A stretch of 64,000 bases of DNA from Eledone cirrhosa. Lineage: Eukaryota. The notes under the pieces were generated by a model that was not told the origin of the DNA, searched no databases, and worked only from the letters and a program-made list of their open reading frames with translations. Numbering within the stretch: position 1 is the first letter of the stretch; every line of letters begins with the position of its first letter. The position numbers were made by a program, and so were the translations under genes. The DNA lies in contig OZ024741.1 of NCBI GenBank assembly GCA_964016885.1, forward strand, positions 200,570,001-200,634,000. The letters run 5' to 3'. Below are positions 56,201-64,000 of this stretch, one piece after another.

Positions 56201-57300
56201 CGGACATGAGCTGAGCTATTCCAGGCGGATGTGTGAGGCCTTTCGCCAGCACTTTGCTCGGTTCTTCGCGGGTAGGTGGGGTGGGGGAACGGTGGGTCGG
56301 AGATGGTAGCGGACTTCAGTTCCAGCCTCGACGGTTACCGCGTCTCTCGATGTCCGATGCTGAGCGCTGCGAAAGTTGGTTGCACAAGGCACAAGTCACC
56401 CGGATTGACAAGTCTGCCCTACTTGCTTTACTTAGATATGCGCTCTCCTCGAAACGCTCTACTGCAACTGGCAACAGAACGAGAGTGTTCCCAGGTGAGC
56501 CGGGGTGTAGTGACGCCGATAGGAGAGACACATTAGATATCTTCAGACCCATAACTATGCTCAATACAGAGTTTAAGATTTTGGACGAGGTGTTAGCGAT
56601 GAGGTTGGTGCTTGTCGTCGAGGATTTGGTTGTGGACGCACAAACTTGCACAATCCCGACCAGGTCCACACACGACAACCTCCACCCCATGCGATACATC
56701 ATAGAGAGGGTCGGGTGTAAACATGGCTTTGGTGGGGCTCTCATCAATTTAGATCAATCGAAAGCTTTCGATAGGGTTGACCAGTGATAACTGGAGGCTG
56801 TCCTCAAGTCAGATGGCTTCGGTCCCGTCTTCAGTGGCTGGATCACTGCAATGCACAGTGACATCTGTTCGGTGGTCAAAGTTAAGGGCCACCTTGCAGA
56901 ACCGTTTCAGATCTCCAGATCCGTTCAATGGTGCCCTCTCTCCTCCCTTCTGTATGTTTTGATTCTCGAGCCTTTACTGCGGAAGCTGGAGCTGTCGCAG
57001 GGCATCCCACTTGAATCGGACGTGGAAAGCCTGTCCCAGCTTATGCGGACGACATTACTCTGATGGTGTCGAACACCTCAGAAACAGAGGTAGTCGACAC
57101 CTTATTGGATGAATATGAAAGGTTAACTGGAGCGAAACTTCTTAACCCGGAAAAGTCGGTGGGATTGCAACTCGACACCTGGAGAGGCATGCCTATGCCG
57201 TCCTACAGCGTCGTCGGGCGCTGGACGGACGGACCGGTAAAGTTGCTCGCGGTTTGGTTTGGACCAGACCTCAAGGTGGATAACAATTGGGACGAGGTGG
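53260..57300 (+). pseudogene. Tx1/L1-clade LINE: ORF1 with CCHC zinc knuckle, ORF2 APE endonuclease + RT; many disablements, 3'-truncated
   Basis: CFVCSEATHLRAFC (~54255-54300); GGLNVRGL, GDWNVIL, SYIDRIL, YSDH (55090-55790); FRPITMLNTEFKIL, LDQSKAFDRVD, CPLSSLLYVLILEPL, AYADDI. Confidence 0.88.
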
Positions 57301-57317
57301 CGATCAGTTTAGACTAT

Positions 57318-57418
57318 TAGTTCCATAACAGTTATTACACCATTTAAACCGAGCTGATGATCCGTTTGAGGTGAAACAAATTGTTCTCGGAAATGGTGTA
57401 ATAACAGTTGTGGAACTA
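57318..57418 (+). ncRNA. Type I hammerhead ribozyme motif with ~30-bp extended stem I
   Basis: tagttccataacagttattacaccattt-aaa-ccgag-CTGATGA-tccgtttgaggt-GAAAC-aaatt-GTT-ctcgg-aaatggtgtaataacagttgtggaacta. Confidence 0.75.
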
Positions 57419-57421
57419 CTT

Positions 57422-57475
<54 letters not shown>

Positions 57476-58252
57476 TTTAGTACAGCATTGACGAAGCTGT
57501 AGTATACGGCCAAGCTAACGTATATGCATAGTCGGTCTGTAGCTTTAGCACTCACATGAGGAAAGACCCCAGATTACGTTCAGACAGCTTAGCAAATCAA
57601 ATATAGCAGTCGACAGTCCGACCGCATTACCAGAGCAACGAAAATACAGGACCCAGGAAAAGATTTTATACTGACCTGGACATAGCGCCGAGGCTGAGTG
57701 TAAAATATATAACTTACATCGTGTATCCACAATATATATCACAATATCACACGCAACATCAACGCTAAGTTTCTGCAAATCCAAATCGACAAATTCCTAT
57801 TGCAGGAGTCTGCAATATAATGGTTTTTGACGACAGAACATAGGATTTACTTCTTCAGCAAGTCTTTCGTTCTTAGCCAAAGCGGGTATGTTGTAACTTT
57901 AAAAATATATATCAATTGGTTGCTATTTTGTCGTATTCATTTTATTGATTACCATAATTGATTTTTTATTTGTTCAAGTATTGCCATCACACTACTAAGC
58001 CTGTATGAGTATACTCTCTTTCTAAATATATTTTTGATAACAATGAGAATAGAGTAAGATAGTGAGTGGCAAGAGGTTACACTACCAAAGCATCTTGTTG
58101 TAGTGTGATTTCGTAAAGCTATTAATATATGAATTTTTTTCTTCAAAATGGGTAACTGAATCCACACGTGTTGCCCCCTCCCTCAATCTTTCTCCATTCC
58201 TTCCTCTTCTCACTCTCTATCTTTCTATTTCATCTTGAATTTCTCATATCTA

Positions 58253-58288
58253 TCTTCTGATGAAGGACTTGTCTCCGAAATGTAAAGA
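58253..58288 (+). ncRNA. Minimal hammerhead motif downstream of a Penelope-like 3' remnant
   Basis: tctt-CTGATGA-aggacttgtctcc-GAAA-tg-TA-aaga; upstream FFKMG..NPH trace at ~58135-58170. Confidence 0.6.
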
Positions 58289-58402
58289 CTGTTTTCCTAC
58301 TACATCAAGCGTTATACTAATATATTGTATATTTTTGCTTTGTTGTATTGTTTGCTTCGTTGTTTCTGTTTAATTTTGTTTATATATATATATATATATA
58401 TA

Positions 58403-58540
58403 AGGCGTGTGGCTGAGTCGTTAGAGAATTGGATTCACAATCTTGAGATTGTGAGTTCGATTCCTGGACCGGGCGATGCGTTATGTCCTTGAGCAAGACA
58501 CTTTATTTCACGTTGCTCCTTTTACCTGGAGTTGCGACCG
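58403..58540 (+). mobile_element. tRNA-derived SINE head (CORE-like family)
   Basis: tggctgagtcg A box, gttcgattcc B box, ccttgagcaagacactttatttcac. Confidence 0.75.
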
Positions 58541-58637
58541 ATAGATAGTATTAGCAACTGGAAAGACCGACGAAAACATTGTTTCCTCGGTCCGATTTGA
58601 CGAAAGTCGATCGATCCTATATATATATATATATATA

Positions 58638-59263
58638 CATTTATCAAATAATTGTTTCTACGTTAGGCACAAGGCCAGCAATTACCCAGTGCATTACTGG
58701 TACTTTATTTTATCGACCCCGTAAGGATGAAAGGCAAAGTTAACCTCGGCGGGATTTGAACTCAGAATGGCAAGGGCCGTAACTCTATACGTCAAAGCAT
58801 GGCGTCCGACCCTCTCCCAATAATGGTAGTTAAGACAGGATTAAATCACCATAATTATTTATTGCATTATATATGTTTCTGTTACATGGCTATTCATCCA
58901 GTAGTGAAGTAGTTCGAACCACTTAACTACTGGATGGACGTGCACGGTCACCGGCATATCATAATTACTGCATAACTGCACCAATGATTATGTAAGCACC
59001 TAACAAAGTCACATGAATAAGCTTGTAACAGAAATATATATAATGCTATAAACAATTATGGTGATTAATCCAGTCGGCAGTATCGGTAGAGGGTTGGACG
59101 CCATGCTTTCTAGCATAGTTACGTCCCTTTACGGTCTGAGTTCAAATCCCGCCGAGGTTAACTTTGCCTTTCATCCTAACGGGGTCGATAAAATAATGTA
59201 CCAGTAATGTACTGGTTAATTGCTGGCCTTGTGCCAAAAGTGGAAACAATTATTTGATAAATG
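58638..59263. mobile_element. Foldback made of two mirror SINEs (58653-58822 -, 59076-59248 +) around an inverted pLTR-like core
   Basis: Outer flanks catttatcaaataat / attatttgataaatg; inner IR ggattaaatcaccataatt...tttctgttaca / tgtaacagaaa...aattatggtgattaatcc. Confidence 0.8.
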
Positions 59264-59395
59264 AATACCCCGTCATTCATTATCACTTACCTGGGATAAA
59301 CTACTGACGTGTAGTGCTTTGTTTTTGCTAAGACATGTTTATCATCAGGAAGTTACTACGTAACAACTAAGATAAGATAAACAACACTCCTGCGC

Positions 59396-59437
<42 letters not shown>

Positions 59438-59794
59438 TTGTATGTGTGCGTAAGCACTGAAAATTGATATATTTCCGGAGAGCTGCTACGTAAGTTCGCC
59501 TCTCGGTTAAGTTTATTAACTTCAAATATCCTGGTACTTATAATTTCCGGTCGTAGTAAATTGCCTGGTATGTGGTGAGTTACACCTGGCTGAGTTGCCC
59601 TCAATAGACAAAGTCTTTAGTGGTATCCCAGCGACTCAATGTGACTTATGAGACAAAGAAAGAATATGCGTTTGTATAACAGGAAACGTATATGTGTGTG
59701 TGAGTGTGTTTGTGTGCGTGTGTGTATAAATAAATATATATATATAAACGTATAAATAGATATCTATGTTTCTCTCTCTCCCCTCCCTCCCCCC

Positions 59795-59865
<71 letters not shown>

Positions 59866-60614
59866 AAATGGGTGATAGAGGGGTTGGCAGAAAGAATACT
59901 TTAGGTAAATCTTGTGTCTTTCTGATTCATTTCCCCTCCATCGCCCATGGCAATTATTTTCCACGTCTTCCGGTTTTTTACTCTATGTACAACATTGCTA
60001 ATAGTTATCTTTATTTCCTTGAGATTTTTATTTTAGTTTATTTTATTCTATATTTTACAGTCTTATTCGACGCTTTTGTGTGTAAACATTTCATTCTTAT
60101 TTCCCGAAGATCTTATAAGTGGTGTATATTGTAGCTTCGAATAATTCATCCACTATATATGACTATATTCAGTGTTGTCGTTGTTTCGTTTGTTGTATCA
60201 TCACATACGTCGCTATACTCCAAGTATTCAACCGAGGCATCCCATTTGCGATTTTTTCGCTAAATGGGATTTCTTCACGAATTTCTTCCATATCCAAACT
60301 GCTTAAAATCCTGCATACAACAAAATGGATCTCGGAAGTTGGTTTAAGTAATCTTTTCAATCTACTAAATTGATTTCTAATTTAGCCACAGGGCCAACAA
60401 ATTTAGAAGAGAGGCAACGTTGATTAAAACATCTCTAATATTTCACTGGTACATAATTTTATCAATCCTGTATGGATGAAAGTGAAATTCGACACCAATG
60501 GGATTTGAACTCAGAGTGTAAAAACCAGAACAAATACAGCAATGTCATTCCGCCAATCTTCAATTCTGCTAAATTAAAGTATGCAAACTTACAATTACAT
60601 TTAGATAGTACCCA

Positions 60615-60840
60615 TCCCGAATCTGATTGACGACATCTTTCAATACTTGTGATCGTCCAGATCCCTTTGCTCTGCTCAGACAACCTTCATTTTGAAACTT
60701 TTGTGTCATGTCCATATCTACTTTCCAGTTGGTGTATTTATATAGAATGTTCTCTAAAACGAACGCTGCACACACTTGTTTGACTGTGTTCGAGCATATT
60801 CTAATATACAAAATGCCTTTTCATTTCTTGTGTGGTCATT
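60615..60840 (-). pseudogene. Tc1/mariner-superfamily transposase N-terminal HTH fragment (DUF4817-like)
   Basis: KAFCILEYARTQSNKCVQRSF...KFQNEGCLSRAKGSGRSQV, frameshifted. Confidence 0.6.
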
Positions 60841-62799
60841 TTTCAACCTGAAAAAAGAAAACATTTAACATTAAATCTGGTTAGTTTTTACATATTTTGT
60901 TAAACTTTGAGATCATTTAAGCGAGAATTGGCTGTTATTAGTTTGATATAGTAGCGAAGTCCTTCAACGGAAGAAAGGAATAGGAGAAAAAAGAAATAGA
61001 AAGACAGACGAAAAACACGTGTGTAATTAGCCGGCCATATACTTGACTTGTGTCGGCGTTCACCTAGGATAGGTTGAGGTGACTCCACTAGAGCATCTAT
61101 TGCACAGTGAACAGAGGCTGCTCATCCATGGTAATCACAGTCGTCCGACGCAGATATTGTTGGCAAGTCAAGATACCAACAGTGAAGACCATATATGCGA
61201 GAACCATGTTTTCATTTAGGTTCCTTATCTCGATGATATAGCCTCACTCATGCGCGTGTCCTGAACACCTAATTCTACTTCTAGAAACTTCGAAGTGAGA
61301 CACATATTTATATAAACAACTCATAAAGATAGTCTCAGTTAAATGAGAAATGTTAAACATGTATTTACACAGGTAAAAGCTTCATTTTTGGAGCCGCTAA
61401 GTAAGCGTGTTCCTCAACGTTAAATATACAAAAGCATATTCAATTAGTTCGATTGCAGTACTTAGTTTGTATTTATTTCACCTACTCCATAAAGATAACA
61501 AAAAAATCCACCTCAGTAGGATTTGAACTCATGATTTGAACACTGCCCTTTAAGGGTTTTACCCAACGCTGTTCTAATTTTTAATTGTTGACTTCGACGT
61601 AAGAATCTTTACAACCCGAATTAACCATAATAATTGTCTCTACGTTTGGCACAAGACCAGCAATTACCCCAGTGCATTACTGGTGCTATGACGACGCGTG
61701 TTTGTATAATATGTATATATCTCCATTTATAACTTGTTTAAATGTACACACATACACACAATACATTTCCTATATAGAGTTAGTCGCTACAATATGAAGA
61801 TCGTTTTCCAGTCACAATGTTCTGGATTCTAACCCAGTAAATAGTTACTAATCCAAAGTTCCTCATACATTTTAATCCTGAATCTCATTTGTATATACAT
61901 GCTGAACACCTATGTAATTATATCCTGGAAATAAATGATTAAAATATCATTTTTATCTTTAGTCATTTCCACCTCTCAATAATCAATATAAACTATAAGG
62001 TTTCTCTTACGCAAACCATAAATTTATCATAATCCAAATTTCCTACTTTGATGATAGTTTATATATCTAGTTTCCCTGGTATATATATAGCATACCAATC
62101 CTGTACTCCAAAACTTAAATACATTCAACTATAGTGTCGTCATTATTGACGGCACTGGTCTACTATTTTTCAATAGAATATATTTTATCTGCGACCGTTC
62201 AACCAAGTTTAGTTTACTGTATAATCAAAATATGTATCTTGCTTCATCGCTATCAGCCCACTCGTTTTTCGACTCGTTTCTTTTTTCCCTGAAATATTCA
62301 AATCAAAAGAGTTATCATGTGTCATGTTAAATAACATTATCTCAGCTAAATCAAACAATCAATTCTATTGCAGTTCTGCAATCTGTTCAATTCAAGCTAT
62401 TCCCGTGGAGAGTGAAACCAAATTCCTAATTTATTTCATGTTTTCTACAGATAGATAGATTCGACTCCAATTTCATTAGTATTTTGTTTCAATTGTTTCA
62501 GATATCTCTGCCAACTCGCTCCGTCCGGACACTCTCAATTATTCGCATATTACATTACCTGGCGCATTTTAAAACACTACATACATACACACATACACGC
62601 ACACAAGCACACACACACACATGATCATAGTTTATGGGAGGGCAACATAAGGAGTAAAGTGAGATTTAATATTTAATGGCAGTGTTCGGCAATACAGACA
62701 CACACAACAACAAAAACAACAACATTTATTTACAGAACCAAAACAATAAACTGTCAACTTGGTGGTGGTGATGGAGATAATGAGGACTTTGTGAATAAA

Positions 62800-63070
62800 T
62801 GTATGTATGTATAAAATCCTTAACTCCTGATGGAGTCGTAGGGACGCCGTCATTACATACAGCGTAGGATTAAATACTTTAACATGGTGCTGAGAATCTT
62901 GGATTCATCTGGGAATGTTGATTCACCCAGAATAGTCTCAGTTCAACGATTGATACCAGTAATAACAGAAAAAGAATGTTTCTACTGTACGTATGTGGAC
63001 CCGTAACTCCCAATGAAATCGTAGGGACCCCGTCGCAACATACTTGGGCACTTTAAAACTGGGAAGAGAT
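62800..63070 (+). repeat. Dispersed repeat shared with 15690-15880
   Basis: ttcatctgggaa(a/t)gttgattcacccagaat...aaagaatgtt...taactcc in both. Confidence 0.7.
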
Positions 63071-63569
63071 GGGCTCCACAAGGTTTTAAATGCCCAAAGA
63101 GACCCTGCGGTGTAAGTCACTAGCGTGCCTCTATGGTTTCATTAGGAGTTACGGGTTCATACGTAATGGCTGCGTCTTGGTTTAGAGAACTTCCATCTCT
63201 TGCCCCTTTTCTCATACATGGGGGGCAGGAACATGACTTTTTAGCCCTTCAAGGATCTAGATTCCTTTCTGCGTATGCTGCAGCGAACGAAAAAAGAAAA
63301 GGCCATGACCTCGCAACACATGTGAGAGTCATTTAAATTAAGTGATGCATGTGCTTGAAGCTTTTTTAAGTGAAGAAAGACCTTACACTGGACCAGTTCC
63401 ACTCTCTGAACACCGATGACAAGCCCCCCCCCCCCCTAAAAAAAGAACAAGTTAACATCATTGGCGACCATCCAGTCGCAAGTTTTACATCAGAGTTTTC
63501 CTTCTAGAATGATGTCCTAAGAACTTGGGGACTCTCACTCATGGTGGGCTACCACGCGTTCGGACACCA

Positions 63570-63875
63570 AAATACATACATACAAAATTAAAAACGAATC
63601 AGAAGGAATATGTTGAGATAGATCGTATTAAAGAATACTGGTGGAACCTGAAAATAAAAACTGCCACCAAATTATAGTACAACCGGCCTGATATTGTTGT
63701 TTGGGACCACACATTGAAAACGTACTCTGTTGTAAAGATCAGCTGCCTATTTGATGTCAGCGTTGTAAGAAAAATACAAGAGCTGGAGAACATCTACGGA
63801 CCATTGATGAGGAGTTTGCAGATCCAGTATCCAAGATACATCTTCAGCTTCATACCCATCATTATTGGAGCTAAG
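63570..63875 (+). pseudogene. Restriction-like endonuclease fragment of an R2-group (R4/Dong-like) non-LTR element
   Basis: EYWWNLKIKT..YNRPDIVVWD..SVVKISCLFD..IYGPL..FIPIIIGA. Confidence 0.75.
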
Positions 63876-64000
63876 GGCGGTGGATTGGCAGTATCGGTAG
63901 AGGGTCGGGCGCAATGCTTTGAAGCATAGAGTTACCTCCCTTTATGATCTGAGTTCAAATCCCGCCGAGGTTAACTTTGCTTTTCATCCTTACGGGGTCG
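63876..64000 (+). mobile_element. SINE running off the window end
   Basis: ggcggtggattggcagtatcgg...gagttcaaatcccgccgagg. Confidence 0.9.

Noticed and set aside
57760-57862. Minus-strand CTGAAGA-gtaaatcc...ggatttgc-GAAAC hammerhead candidate
   Set aside because: Stem II is good but stems I and III do not pair; at best a decayed copy, so not counted
58403-58475. tRNA gene
   Set aside because: A and B boxes are present but I could not form a proper cloverleaf; it continues into a SINE body

Overview
This is eukaryotic, AT-rich, repeat-saturated intergenic or intronic DNA. The microsatellite load and tRNA-derived SINE families suggest a mollusc such as an octopus (inference). No intact host gene is evident, and most listed ORFs are translations of (TA)n/(CA)n/(GA)n/(TAC)n tracts. 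The window holds decayed or truncated retroelements (Penelope-like RT/GIY-YIG, RTE, CR1-like, Tx1/L1-like, R4/Dong-like RLE), two Helitrons, fragments of Chapaev, Tc1/mariner and hAT elements, and many SINEs. The most striking structure is about 18 type I hammerhead ribozyme (HHR) motifs that I found by eye. They sit in short pLTR-like modules next to (TA)n tracts and repeatedly form outward-facing inverted pairs. The extreme case is a ~5.9 kb near-perfect palindrome (33632-39505, 4-nt loop) with an HHR at each outer end. Other notable items: a SINE family whose target-site duplications all begin with ATTAT and which repeatedly hits the HHR modules, and a spliced 107-aa STPR-repeat mini-ORF inside a non-autonomous Helitron. 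All coordinates were read manually and may be off by a few bases.
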